A program made the translations under genes and the position numbers. Below the pieces are notes generated by a model that was given only the letters and a program-made list of their open reading frames with translations, was not told where the DNA came from and did no database searches. A stretch of 57,258 nucleotides of DNA from Candidatus Thalassarchaeum betae (lineage in GTDB: Archaea; Thermoplasmatota; Poseidoniia; Poseidoniales; Thalassarchaeaceae), in assembly GCF_022448665.1 (NCBI RefSeq), contig NZ_JAKUUO010000003.1. The stretch is one strand, 5' to 3'. The first letter of the stretch is position 1, and the number at the start of each line of letters is the position of its first letter. Below, one piece after another: positions 34,246-43,423 of the stretch.

Positions 34246-34830
34246 ATGAGCAAGCCCCGGCTTCTCGTCATCACCGGAAGCAGCGGGGTGGGCAAGTCCA
34301 CGCTCTCTGCGCGTGCTGCGGCTTCCCTGGGTTTCAGCAAGAGCGCTTCTACAGACACCATCCGCGAGGCACTGAGGACGCAGTTCGACGCAGACGAGTT
34401 GCCGGCTCTGCACCGTTCCTCGTTCGAGTCGGCTGGCTCGGGGGTTGTCGAAGACTGGCACGAGACCGTGAAGGTACTCTCGGAGGGAGTAGCAGCGGTT
34501 GTCAGGCGAGCCAGCATGAAGGGCTCGGACCTCTTGCTTGAAGGTGTGCACGTGATTCCCGATGCCCAGATACTCAATGACTGGAGGGGTGCCGGGGGAA
34601 TCGCATGCGGCGTGGTACTGTATGTCGAGGAAGGAGACAGGCATCAGAGGTTCATCGTGAGGCGAGAGAGGCATAACAACCGCGGGCTAGCACACTATCT
34701 GGACAATCTCGACAGGATTCGCGAGATTCAAAGAGAGATGGTGAGCAACGGACGCGAGGCCGGCTGGCTCGTGATGGACGCGAGTGCACAGGACGACCCG
34801 GTCGGGATGGTCGAGGCCTCTTTCGAATGA
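34246..34830 (+). CDS. P-loop kinase, 2-phosphoglycerate kinase-like
   Basis: VITGSSGVGKSTLS Walker A, STDTIREALR, LLLEGVHVIP pattern. 194 aa. Confidence 0.55.
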   Translation: MSKPRLLVITGSSGVGKSTLSARAAASLGFSKSASTDTIREALRTQFDADELPALHRSSFESAGSGVVEDWHETVKVLSEGVAAVVRRASMKGSDLLLEGVHVIPDAQILNDWRGAGGIACGVVLYVEEGDRHQRFIVRRERHNNRGLAHYLDNLDRIREIQREMVSNGREAGWLVMDASAQDDPVGMVEASFE

Positions 34831-35406
34831 CTAGAAACCCAGTGTCTCGAGAATCATGTCGGTCCTATCGCCAAGCTCCTCCACCGAACCCTCGTTGAGG
34901 ATTATAGCGTGGGCCTGCGCCATAAGATGCTCGAGGCTCCAGTTCCACTCACGCTCCTCACGCACGGCGAACTCCTCTTCTCCGCCGTCCTCACCGCGGC
35001 CTCGTTCGGCCAGCCACCCCTCCCTTGCCTGCGCGGAAGCGGTCAGCGCGACTATGGTGACATCCCCTATGTGCTCACGTAGCCGCTCAAGCTCCTCGGT
35101 CTGGCGCATCCCGTCAATCAGTACGTCCGATGACTCCATCGCCTCGGAAAGGCTCGGCATCAGCCGATCGACCACTATGGTCTCCCCCTGTTCCTCTCGC
35201 ATCGAAAGTGCTGTCTGACCCACGTTCTCTGTCGTCTCGGGAAGTCCTCTGTCGGCCGTCTCCGCACGCACCACATCACCGAGTGAGAGCACTGTCAGAC
35301 CTCGCACTGCGGCGCGCCCGGCGACAACGCCCTTGCCCGAGCCGGGAGGTCCGCACAGCACAATCACGCGGCCGGGCATGGAGAGGGCTGATTGCACATC
35401 GGACAT
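34831..35406 (-). CDS. P-loop nucleotide kinase (adenylate/dephospho-CoA kinase-related)
   Basis: VIVLCGPPGSGKG Walker A. An internal Met (35406 or 35379) is preferred over 35457, which would overlap the upstream gene by 32 nt. Confidence 0.55.
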   Translation of the reverse strand: MSDVQSALSMPGRVIVLCGPPGSGKGVVAGRAAVRGLTVLSLGDVVRAETADRGLPETTENVGQTALSMREEQGETIVVDRLMPSLSEAMESSDVLIDGMRQTEELERLREHIGDVTIVALTASAQAREGWLAERGRGEDGGEEEFAVREEREWNWSLEHLMAQAHAIILNEGSVEELGDRTDMILETLGF

Positions 35407-35425
35407 GACGCTTGCTAGGGTTCGG

Positions 35426-36262
35426 CTAGCGGCCGACCCATTCCGCGTCCTTGCCATCCAAAAAGGCGGATACGCCGATCTCCTTATCCTCGGTGTCGAA
35501 CAACGCTACGAACTCGGAGCGCTCGGCCAACACGCCCTCCGAAAATGGCAGGTCGAGGGCGGATCGGACAGCTCGCTTGGCGACCTTGACTGTGTAGGGC
35601 GACTTTCTGGCTATGTTCTCAGCCAATGCCATTGCAGCCGACTCCAACTCTTCGGACTCGACCACCTTGTTGACGAGTCCGATGTCCATGGCCTCGGCGG
35701 CTCCGACCATCTCCCCGGTCAGAGTCATCTCCATCGCCTTGCCATAGCCCAGTAGCCTGCACAGACGCTGAGTACCCCCGCCGCCAGGTATCAGGCCCAG
35801 ATTGATCTCTGGCTGTCCGAAAATGGCTCGGCTCGAGGCGACCCTGAGATCGCAGGCCAGCGCCAGTTCGGTGCCGCCGCCTAGGGCGAATCCGTCGACC
35901 ATGGCAATGGTCGGCTTGCTGAGGTCCCAGATCGCCTCCCAGGCGTTGTCGTCGAAGAATTCGCGGACGTCATCAGAGTCCTTACCCGCGAACTCGGAGA
36001 TATCGGCCCCTGCGGCGAAGGCGGCCGGCTTTGGGCGCTTGCCCTCTGGAGCTGGTGGAGGCGGAGCTCCGCGTATCACGACTGCGCGAACCGAATCATC
36101 AGCTTCAACGCGGGCACACTGCTCCTTGATGGCGATGTGCGACTTCCGGTTCAGTGCATTGAGCTTCTCCGGACGGTTGAGTGTCCAGACTGCTATTACG
36201 CCGCCTGAGGGGCTACAGCCCTCCACTGCGAGGTCCTCGACCAGTAAGACTTCCTCGCCCAT
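35426..36262 (-). CDS. enoyl-CoA hydratase (crotonase superfamily)
   Basis: FAAGADISEF and AMVDGFALGGGTELALACDLRV. Confidence 0.85.
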   Translation of the reverse strand: MGEEVLLVEDLAVEGCSPSGGVIAVWTLNRPEKLNALNRKSHIAIKEQCARVEADDSVRAVVIRGAPPPPAPEGKRPKPAAFAAGADISEFAGKDSDDVREFFDDNAWEAIWDLSKPTIAMVDGFALGGGTELALACDLRVASSRAIFGQPEINLGLIPGGGGTQRLCRLLGYGKAMEMTLTGEMVGAAEAMDIGLVNKVVESEELESAAMALAENIARKSPYTVKVAKRAVRSALDLPFSEGVLAERSEFVALFDTEDKEIGVSAFLDGKDAEWVGR

Positions 36263-36306
36263 GGCTCGTCTAGGGTCGTTTCGCGCTTCAACGTTCAGTC
36301 GGCGGT

Positions 36307-37227
36307 CTATGCGTCATCAGGTGTGACCGGGGGTGGCATTGGCGGCATGCCGGGAGGAGGTGGCATTGGCGGCATGCCGGGAGGAGGTGGCATGTCATCA
36401 GGCAGAGGGGGCGGAGGCGTTTCCGATATCTCGGGCACAGGTGGTGCAGCCTGCTTCTTCTCAGGTAACTCGAGAGGGACCCGAACCTTCAGCACACGGC
36501 TCTCGTCAATGCGGACGTAGGATACACCTTGCGGCTTGCTCGAGTCAGCGCTCTCTGGCTCGTCGAGGACCGTCAGCCCATGATTAGGGTCCTTGAGCAG
36601 GGCAGCGATATCCTCGCCGTCCTCCACCGCAGACCACATTCCAACTTTGGCGGCTCGCCTCGAGGCCATATCCATACGGCGCTTCCTCTCAATCTTGGAG
36701 CGTATCTCAGCTCGCTTGAGCCTCCTATCCCCCACGAACGCCTCGACCTCCGACTCCTCGTCTATCTGCGGATCCGACTCGGCCACAAAGCGCGTTGCGA
36801 CCTGACTGCCGTCGTCCGGCATCATCTGTACCGGAGGAGGCAGTGCCTCGCCATCTGACGCTGTCTCAACTGCAGGTGGCATCGGCATCTCCGGAGGGGG
36901 GGGCATCGGTTGCGCCACAGGCTGGGCTACTCTGCCTCGGCTCCGCTGGATCTTCTCCTCGCGTCGCTCGCTGGCGCCCTCGAGCTCTAGAACAGGTGCT
37001 GGTAACTCAATCTCATCCCTTGGCTTCTCTACCGTCACAATGTCCTTCTTTCGGGGTGGTTTCAGAACTGGGGAGCGCCCTGAGAACATCAGGATGGCTA
37101 TCAGGGCAAGGAGTATGGAACCGCCAGCAATCTGTGTCATCTGGCTGGCCTCGCCCTGTAGCACGAGAAACGTGGGGATACCCATCAGAACCGCGCCCCA
37201 GACGACTAGTCGGGTCAACGACACCAT
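36307..37227 (-). CDS. membrane-anchored Pro-rich hypothetical protein
   Basis: N-terminal hydrophobic helices, charged middle region, C-terminal PPPPGMPPM repeats. Confidence 0.5.
   Translation of the reverse strand: MVSLTRLVVWGAVLMGIPTFLVLQGEASQMTQIAGGSILLALIAILMFSGRSPVLKPPRKKDIVTVEKPRDEIELPAPVLELEGASERREEKIQRSRGRVAQPVAQPMPPPPEMPMPPAVETASDGEALPPPVQMMPDDGSQVATRFVAESDPQIDEESEVEAFVGDRRLKRAEIRSKIERKRRMDMASRRAAKVGMWSAVEDGEDIAALLKDPNHGLTVLDEPESADSSKPQGVSYVRIDESRVLKVRVPLELPEKKQAAPPVPEISETPPPPLPDDMPPPPGMPPMPPPPGMPPMPPPVTPDDA
36332..36394. repeat. 27-bp tandem repeat, 2.3 copies, inside a coding region
   Basis: GGTGGCATTGGCGGCATGCCGGGAGGA occurs twice exactly (36332..36358 and 36359..36385), followed by a 9-nt partial copy. 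On the minus strand it encodes PPMPPPPGM units. Confidence 0.9.
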
Positions 37228-37260
37228 GCCTATCGGACTCTCACGAACAGCGCTCCGCCT

Positions 37261-37854
37261 TCACCTTGACGCAGAACTGAGGACCTCGGAGAGGCCCTTC
37301 AGGGCCTGTCCTCGGTGCGAGATTGCTGATTTCTCCTCAGCGCTCATCTGTGCGCAGGTGCGCCCGTCGCCCTCATTCGGGATGAAAATGGGGTCGTAGC
37401 CGAAGCCGCCGGTCCCGAGCATCTCCCCGGATATCCTGCCCCTGCAAACCCCATTGGACTGCCACGTCCTGCCATCTAGGTCCACGATAGCGACTGCTCT
37501 GTACTCAGCCCCACGGTCATCAGCTTCCTCGAGCAGCCTGAGGATACCGTCGAGACCCACGGTTCCCTCGACGAAAGAGGAGTAGGCGCCCGGGAAGCCG
37601 TCCAGGGAGTCGATGAACAGCCCCGAGTCCTCTACCATTATCGCTGAGTCCTCCAACTCTGTCCCCTCGATCATCATTCGGGCCTGCTCAATTTTGGCGA
37701 ATGCGACGGCTTCGAGCCCTTCCGCCTGCGGCTCGACGAAATCAGGTGCCTCGCCGTCGACGAGCAGCGGCTCCACTCCATGTCCCAGCGGGGACAGCAT
37801 CTGCACCGCCTCGGCGACTTTGTGGGGGTTTCCGGTGGCGAACAGTATCCTCAC
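37261..37854 (-). CDS. rdgB: non-canonical purine NTP pyrophosphatase (RdgB/HAM1, ITPase)
   Basis: ILFATGNPHKVAE, GFPGAYS, FGYDPIF. Confidence 0.9.
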   Translation of the reverse strand: MRILFATGNPHKVAEAVQMLSPLGHGVEPLLVDGEAPDFVEPQAEGLEAVAFAKIEQARMMIEGTELEDSAIMVEDSGLFIDSLDGFPGAYSSFVEGTVGLDGILRLLEEADDRGAEYRAVAIVDLDGRTWQSNGVCRGRISGEMLGTGGFGYDPIFIPNEGDGRTCAQMSAEEKSAISHRGQALKGLSEVLSSASR

Positions 37855-37862
37855 TCTACCAC

Positions 37863-38525
37863 CTACCCGTGATATCGGACTCGCCCTCTGATGGCATCGA
37901 ATCTGGCTACGACTTCGGTGGCGCTTGCGACGCCACCGCCGGCGTCTGCCGCGAGATACCCGTCCACCATAGACTGCACCGCCCCCTCATGCTCCGAATG
38001 GCTCGCAGTAAGGCATTCGTTCAGCACTTGTAAGTCGAGCCCGAGATGCTCGAGTTCGGGTGAGATCCGCGCCAGCCCGAAGTCTATGAGTGAGAGGGAA
38101 CCAGCCACGTCCGCGAGTATGTTGTGAGTCGTCATGTCACCATGGGAGATGTCCATTTCGTGCAGACGGCGTATGAGGGCGCCGACATTTACCATGGAAG
38201 CGCCGTCTACAGAGGTGTCGTTCAGCGCATCGTACAGCGGCCTGCCGTCGATGCGCGAGAGCAGCATCCAACCCTCTTCTAGGTCCAAGTCGAACAGTGC
38301 GGGGGAGGGGAACTCGCTGCTCTGCAGTCTGGCCAGCACCCTAGCCTCGACTGAGAGACGCTGGCGGGTCAGGCTCCGGTCGAGGTCGGGGTGCCTGTAG
38401 CCTCGTGGTCGGCGCATTTTCAGCACTGCGGCCTTACCCAGCCACGAACCCGCAATCACAGTGGCCTCGGCGCCCTCGTGGAGCGTTTTTTCCGGCATCC
38501 ACATCGGAATGCTGCCCGGGGCCAT
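37863..38525 (-). CDS. bud32: Kae1-associated kinase Bud32 (KEOPS subunit)
   Basis: ~220-aa minimal kinase: AVLKMRRPRGYRHPDLD, HGDMTTHNIL, LIDFGLA. Confidence 0.85.
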   Translation of the reverse strand: MAPGSIPMWMPEKTLHEGAEATVIAGSWLGKAAVLKMRRPRGYRHPDLDRSLTRQRLSVEARVLARLQSSEFPSPALFDLDLEEGWMLLSRIDGRPLYDALNDTSVDGASMVNVGALIRRLHEMDISHGDMTTHNILADVAGSLSLIDFGLARISPELEHLGLDLQVLNECLTASHSEHEGAVQSMVDGYLAADAGGGVASATEVVARFDAIRGRVRYHG

Positions 38526-38582
38526 GGTACTCCGAGATGAGATGCCTTGAAAGCGGTTGCACCTAACGAGAGATTGGGAGAC

Positions 38583-39668
38583 ATGGCAATCGAGCTTCTA
38601 ACTGCCCCTTTGCCCCGTGGTAGCCTGATTCTGGGCTCTTTTTCCGACATTGAGATAGAGAGGGAGGCGTATCGTCTCCAAGAGGTCATCAAACAGCCGG
38701 TGAAGTGGGGTCTGGAGACATGCAGGGCCATCGCACCGCTCACCTTGGAGATCAACCAGCTGAAGCGTGAGAATGACGTCTTCCTAATCGCCCACTCCTA
38801 CCAGACCCCGGACATCATCTACGGCGTCGCCGACTCAGTCGCAGACAGTTACGCTCTGTCCAAGGAGGCCCGTGACGCTCCGCAGCAGACCATCCTGTTC
38901 TCGAGCGTTCGGTTCATGGCCGAGACAGCCAAGATAGTCAGCCCACACAAGGTGGTCCTGCACCCTTCGCCCGAGGCCGGCTGCTCACTGAGCGACGGAA
39001 TCACCGCACAGGACGTACGTGACCTGAAGCAGGCGTATCCCGGTGTCCCGATCGCCTGCTACATCAACACCAGCGCTGCGGTCAAGGCCGAGTGCGACGT
39101 CTGCGTGACCAGTAGCAATTACCTGAGAATCTGTGAGAAGCTGCCTGGCGAACGCCTGATATTCGTACCCGACCGTTTCATGGGCAAGCACCTACAGAAC
39201 GCACTCGCCGGTAAGAAAGAGGTCGTCGTCTTCGACGGCGAGTGCGAGGTCCACGCGGTTTTCACCGGCGACAAGATTCGCTCATGGAGGAAGCGCACCG
39301 CTGACCTCGGGATGGAGCTGATGGTCCTCAGTCACCCTGAATGTGATGCCGACGTGCTTGAGGAGAGTGATTTCGTCGGCAGCAGCGAGGTCCTGATGGA
39401 AGAGGCTCTGCGCCTCGCCTCGGAAGGGAAGAGGGACCTCATGCTCATCACCGAGTGCGGCACGGCAGACAGAGTCATAGCCGAGTCCGATGAGGAACTG
39501 AACCTGATTGGTGCGTGTGTGATGTGCCGCCACATGAAGGTCACTCAACTCGAGGATATCCTACAGGCTCTGAGGAACCCCAGACCCGAGCAGATCGTCG
39601 AGATCGGGTCGGACGTCATCGATAGGGCGGGTCATTGCCTCGACGAGATGTTCAGGCTAGCCGGGTGA
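38583..39668 (+). CDS. nadA: quinolinate synthase NadA
   Basis: IAHSYQTPDIIYGVADSVADSYALS, CYINTSA, PECD pattern. ATG 38583 preferred within ORF 38547..39668. Confidence 0.85.
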   Translation: MAIELLTAPLPRGSLILGSFSDIEIEREAYRLQEVIKQPVKWGLETCRAIAPLTLEINQLKRENDVFLIAHSYQTPDIIYGVADSVADSYALSKEARDAPQQTILFSSVRFMAETAKIVSPHKVVLHPSPEAGCSLSDGITAQDVRDLKQAYPGVPIACYINTSAAVKAECDVCVTSSNYLRICEKLPGERLIFVPDRFMGKHLQNALAGKKEVVVFDGECEVHAVFTGDKIRSWRKRTADLGMELMVLSHPECDADVLEESDFVGSSEVLMEEALRLASEGKRDLMLITECGTADRVIAESDEELNLIGACVMCRHMKVTQLEDILQALRNPRPEQIVEIGSDVIDRAGHCLDEMFRLAG

Positions 39669-41756
39669 TTACTCCCGGCGCTCCGAGGTGGCCTGATAGG
39701 ACCACAGGAAAATGAGCGGTATCAGCATCAGTATGGCTGATTGCAGAATCACCGAGGAGTAGGGCTGGAAGGTCTCCTCCGAGTACACCGTGAGCGCCGA
39801 GACTCCATCGGCATCGACCTCGACCCATGCCACGTTGTTCAACAGGACCTGTGGGTCTGACTGGTCGACATCCTCATCGTGTGTGATGGCCAGTGTGGTG
39901 TTGTCCGCGATTTCATGGAGGTAGACATCCCTGTTGGTGACGATATCCTCGGGATCGAGCGAGGGGTCCCAGAACGGAATCTGCAGGAATGCCACGCGCC
40001 CGTGTGCCACACTCGGGGAAGACGACGGCCACACCGGCTCGGAGATCATTGTCTGCTCGCCTGTCAGGATGTTGATCAGAATCGTCCGATTGACCGGTCC
40101 GACATCGACCACCGCAGTCACCCACATCGGATCCATGGCGATGTCGACTACCTCGGCGTTCTCGTAGTCCACCGCGACTCCCGAAACCTGCTCGAGGTAC
40201 TCATCCTGTGGTTCGGTCGCACCCGCATCCAAAACTAGGCTGATAGCGATTCTTGGCCCCTCGAGCGAAGTGACGTTGACAGTGGGCTGAGAGGCTGTGG
40301 TGTCTGCCCATGCGAGTAATTGGCCCGAGGCTGCGACTATCGAGAACGGGGCTCCTAAGAAAGTTGTCTCAATCGGACCCTGCTCCCCGTCGATAATCTC
40401 CAGTGAGTCCTCATGGACTATCACCAGCAGCGGCTCTCCGGAGACAGATTCCGCTATCGCCACGTCCAGCACCGGATTGCTCTCAGTCCGACTGAACTTG
40501 GGGGAGAACTCGGTCTCGTCGGACTGGAGTTCGTAGAAATCCACCCTCTGGGCGTCATGCAGCGCTAGGAACGGACCCGAGATGGAAACCATCGGAGCTG
40601 TTTCCCACGCTGCCCCGGAAACTACGCTGCCGACCTCGTCGCTGACGTTCCACACGCTGATTTCCAAACTGCCGTCCGGTACCTCTTCGACTGAGACCAG
40701 CCATCCGTCGGAGCCGGCCGCAGAAGTCGGCCATTCCACACCCTCGACCGGGAAGTCCTGGTGGGTAGCATCCCAAAGCAAAACGAAGGAGGTCGAAAGC
40801 AGAAGAGTGGCGATGATTACGCTGGTCTGCCTCTTGTTGGGCTCCTTTAGGGGCTCGAAGAATGAGTACACGCTGCTCAGGGTTCCACGGAGCGACTTGC
40901 CGGGATCTGCGATGGCGCGGGCGAGCCGGCGGCTGAACAGACGCTCGTCGGCTACCCTCCATATCGACGAGTGGGTCTTCGCCGTCAGTTCGACAGCGAG
41001 GATGGCGACGGCCATGCCGCCGATGATGTCGACTATCCAGTGTATGCCGAGGTAAATGATTGAGAAGGCGGTTACCAGCATGAAGACGATGAGGAAGTTT
41101 CGGTAGTTCACCCACCTGCCGTCTTCATCCCATCTCTGCATGGTCAGCCAGATAGCGAAGGGCAGACCGATGTGCAGGCTCGGCATGCCGTTCGAGAAGG
41201 GGTCGATTCGAGTGAACCAGTTGTGAATCTCGGGTGTGAGGTCGTACGCGATGGTCTGCATAGCGGGAATGTGGTCACCGGTCACTCCAACGTTGAAGAA
41301 GAGGAAGAACGGTATGGAGATGATGTAGACCCAGAACATCGACAGCGAGACCCTGTCGGCCATGTGCCTGTCATCGAAGTAAATCGGGTAAAGGAAGGAG
41401 GCGAAGGTCGCCGTCATGAATCCCATGACGTAAAAGTGGGTCAACATCTGGTCCAATGCGGCGTTGCGCAGCTCCTGCTGGACCCACAGGACGATATCTC
41501 CCTCTATGGCGTAGACATAGGGCGTCATGTCGAGCTTTGTGCTGGCCATCAGGACCCGGTCCATCCCGTCCAGCAGATCCTTCCACAGATAGACGGAGAA
41601 GACCACTATCATATGCGCCCAGTAGCGTCTGAACATGTCGATGAAACCCTCGAGCCTGAGTTTCGCATAAGGCGGCTTGAACAGCGGCATCATCGCTATG
41701 CTGAGGATTATCGCACCTGTAATCCAGGTGATGTAGATGCCAGTGCCCGCTGCCAT
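39669..41756 (-). CDS. PAP2_C/IPC-synthase-like membrane domain fused to a large extracytoplasmic domain with C-terminal TM
   Basis: N-terminal ~270 aa is multi-TM with MPSLHIGLPF and GIHWIVDIIGG motifs (PAP2-type SxH / HxxxD). A ~400-aa hydrophilic region and a terminal hydrophobic helix follow. Confidence 0.55.
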   Translation of the reverse strand: MAAGTGIYITWITGAIILSIAMMPLFKPPYAKLRLEGFIDMFRRYWAHMIVVFSVYLWKDLLDGMDRVLMASTKLDMTPYVYAIEGDIVLWVQQELRNAALDQMLTHFYVMGFMTATFASFLYPIYFDDRHMADRVSLSMFWVYIISIPFFLFFNVGVTGDHIPAMQTIAYDLTPEIHNWFTRIDPFSNGMPSLHIGLPFAIWLTMQRWDEDGRWVNYRNFLIVFMLVTAFSIIYLGIHWIVDIIGGMAVAILAVELTAKTHSSIWRVADERLFSRRLARAIADPGKSLRGTLSSVYSFFEPLKEPNKRQTSVIIATLLLSTSFVLLWDATHQDFPVEGVEWPTSAAGSDGWLVSVEEVPDGSLEISVWNVSDEVGSVVSGAAWETAPMVSISGPFLALHDAQRVDFYELQSDETEFSPKFSRTESNPVLDVAIAESVSGEPLLVIVHEDSLEIIDGEQGPIETTFLGAPFSIVAASGQLLAWADTTASQPTVNVTSLEGPRIAISLVLDAGATEPQDEYLEQVSGVAVDYENAEVVDIAMDPMWVTAVVDVGPVNRTILINILTGEQTMISEPVWPSSSPSVAHGRVAFLQIPFWDPSLDPEDIVTNRDVYLHEIADNTTLAITHDEDVDQSDPQVLLNNVAWVEVDADGVSALTVYSEETFQPYSSVILQSAILMLIPLIFLWSYQATSERRE

Positions 41757-41817
41757 GCTCCTGACCTAATCGGGTAGCGAGTGTGCCATGAAATCGACCC
41801 CTACGTGAGAACCGTGG

Positions 41818-42831
41818 TCAGGTTATGCGGACCGGGGGGCCCGTGCTGTCCTCGAGGGTGGACAGCACGTTGTCCACTATGGCATCGAAGGCCACCGCGG
41901 TGTCGCCATCCGGCTCGGCGACGATACGGTGGACGCCATCGTCTCCGCCCCTGACAATACCGGGATCGAATGGCAGAGCGCCGAGGAAGGGGACTTGAAG
42001 TTCGGCGGCCGCCAAAGCACCGCCTCCTGACTTGAAAATGTCCAGTGTCAGCGACCAGTTCCCGTCCTCACCTGTATTGGCCTCGATAGGGGTCCCGTTG
42101 GGCCCCATGACCGATACCTGCGAGTTGGGCTCAGCGGTCCCGCGGATGGTGTAACCGCTCATGTTCTCGACCACGCCGAGGACGGGGACTGAGAGGGTCT
42201 TGGCGAAGTTGATCGACTTGCGACTGTCTAGCAAGGCTACCTCCTGAGGCGTAGTGACAATAACAACGCCGTCGATACCGGGCAAGTTCTGACTGACTGT
42301 CAGGGGTTCGTCACTGGTACCAGGGGGGAAGTCGACGATGAGGGCATCCAATTCACCCCATGCGACATCGCCGATGAACTGCTGAATGGCCCCGAGTTTG
42401 ATCGGCCCTCGCCAGATCACAGGCTTGTCCGGATCCTCGATGAGGAATGCCATCGATATGACTCGGACTCCGTGTGGGCCGATAGCGGGAAAAATCTGGC
42501 CGTCCTCGACATTTAGTTCGGCATCATCAAGACCGAGCATCTTGGGGACGTTCGGCCCGGTGATGTCGATGTCCATCAGACCGACCTTCATCCCCCTGCG
42601 GGCTAGCGAGAGCGCGAGCCCGGTGGCAACTGTGGATTTGCCTACACCGCCCTTGCCTGAAAGTACCATGATCTTGTGCTTAATCTCCTCATCGAGTTTG
42701 GTAATCCTGAGTTTGCGCTGCATCTGCTGGTAGGCCTGCTCCATCTGCGCACGCTCCTCGGACGAGGCAGCATCGTCTTGTGACTGCTTATCGCCGCCAC
42801 CTGAATGGTGACTGATGGGTGAATCTGCCAT
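41818..42831 (-). CDS. Mrp/NBP35-family P-loop ATPase, cysteine-free variant
   Basis: Deviant Walker A LSGKGGVGKST, DFPPGTSD, VVENMS. The usual CxxC segment is replaced by GYTIRGTAEPNSQVSVMGPNGTPIEANTGEDGNWSLTLD. No Cys anywhere in the 337 aa. Confidence 0.8.
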   Translation of the reverse strand: MADSPISHHSGGGDKQSQDDAASSEERAQMEQAYQQMQRKLRITKLDEEIKHKIMVLSGKGGVGKSTVATGLALSLARRGMKVGLMDIDITGPNVPKMLGLDDAELNVEDGQIFPAIGPHGVRVISMAFLIEDPDKPVIWRGPIKLGAIQQFIGDVAWGELDALIVDFPPGTSDEPLTVSQNLPGIDGVVIVTTPQEVALLDSRKSINFAKTLSVPVLGVVENMSGYTIRGTAEPNSQVSVMGPNGTPIEANTGEDGNWSLTLDIFKSGGGALAAAELQVPFLGALPFDPGIVRGGDDGVHRIVAEPDGDTAVAFDAIVDNVLSTLEDSTGPPVRIT

Positions 42832-42942
42832 TGAGCCGATGGCGGCATGGTGCGTACTTCAACCCTATTCAACCACCTGTAACTGGGCCTCAGAGGAAAA
42901 AATGTGGTTTGGTTCATTAATCCTGAACACCACAGGGGTGGT

Positions 42943-43302
42943 ATGCGTCTGCTGTTCGTATGCGTCGGCAACACCTGCCGCAGTCAGATGGCTGAGGCAC
43001 TGGCCAAGCACAAAGGGTATGAGGCCCAATCTGCAGGAACTAGTCCGGGCAGTGCGGTTGCACCGGAGGCCATCGAGGCCATCGGAGAGAAGGGTATCGG
43101 CATGGGCGGTCAGTACCCGAAGTCGGTCGATGACATCGATACGAGAGGTTTCGACCGTATCATCAGCATGGGCTGTGGTGTTGAGTGCCCCCACCTGCCT
43201 ATGGACGACGACTGGGGGATTGAAGACCCGCACGGCGGAGACGTTGCCTTCTACAGGAGGACTCGTGACAAGATAGAGGGTCTCTTGGACTTGTTAGAAT
43301 GA
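42943..43302 (+). CDS. low-molecular-weight phosphotyrosine phosphatase / arsenate reductase family
   Basis: MRLLFVCVGNTCRSQMAEAL (CX5R P-loop). ATG 42943 preferred within ORF 42904..43302. Confidence 0.8.
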   Translation: MRLLFVCVGNTCRSQMAEALAKHKGYEAQSAGTSPGSAVAPEAIEAIGEKGIGMGGQYPKSVDDIDTRGFDRIISMGCGVECPHLPMDDDWGIEDPHGGDVAFYRRTRDKIEGLLDLLE

Positions 43303-43348
43303 GGCAAACCGACGCTTAGAAAAGTGATTCTCGTTTCCCGGAACCTGC

Positions 43349-43420
43349 ACGAGTGTAGTGTAGTGGTTATCACCGGGCGTTGCCAACGCCTGAACCCGGG
43401 TTCAAATCCCGGCACTCGTA
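43349..43420 (+). tRNA. tRNA-Gly (anticodon GCC), CCA encoded at 43421..43423
   Basis: ACGAGTG-TA-GTGT-AGTGGTTA-TCAC-C-GGGCG-TTGCCAA-CGCCT-GAAC-CCGGG-TTCAAAT-CCCGG-CACTCGT-A-CCA. 72 nt. Unusual A1-U72 pair. Confidence 0.8.
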
Positions 43421-43423
43421 CCA

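Noticed and set aside
36332-36394. Possible CRISPR-like or minisatellite array
   Set aside because: There are only 2.3 directly abutting copies with no spacers, in frame within a coding region. It is a simple coding tandem duplication.
31676-43423. tRNA genes as integration sites of a genomic island
   Set aside because: There is no integrase, no recognisable direct repeat of a tRNA 3' end, and no mobile-element gene adjacent to any of the four tRNAs. The flanking genes are ordinary metabolic genes.
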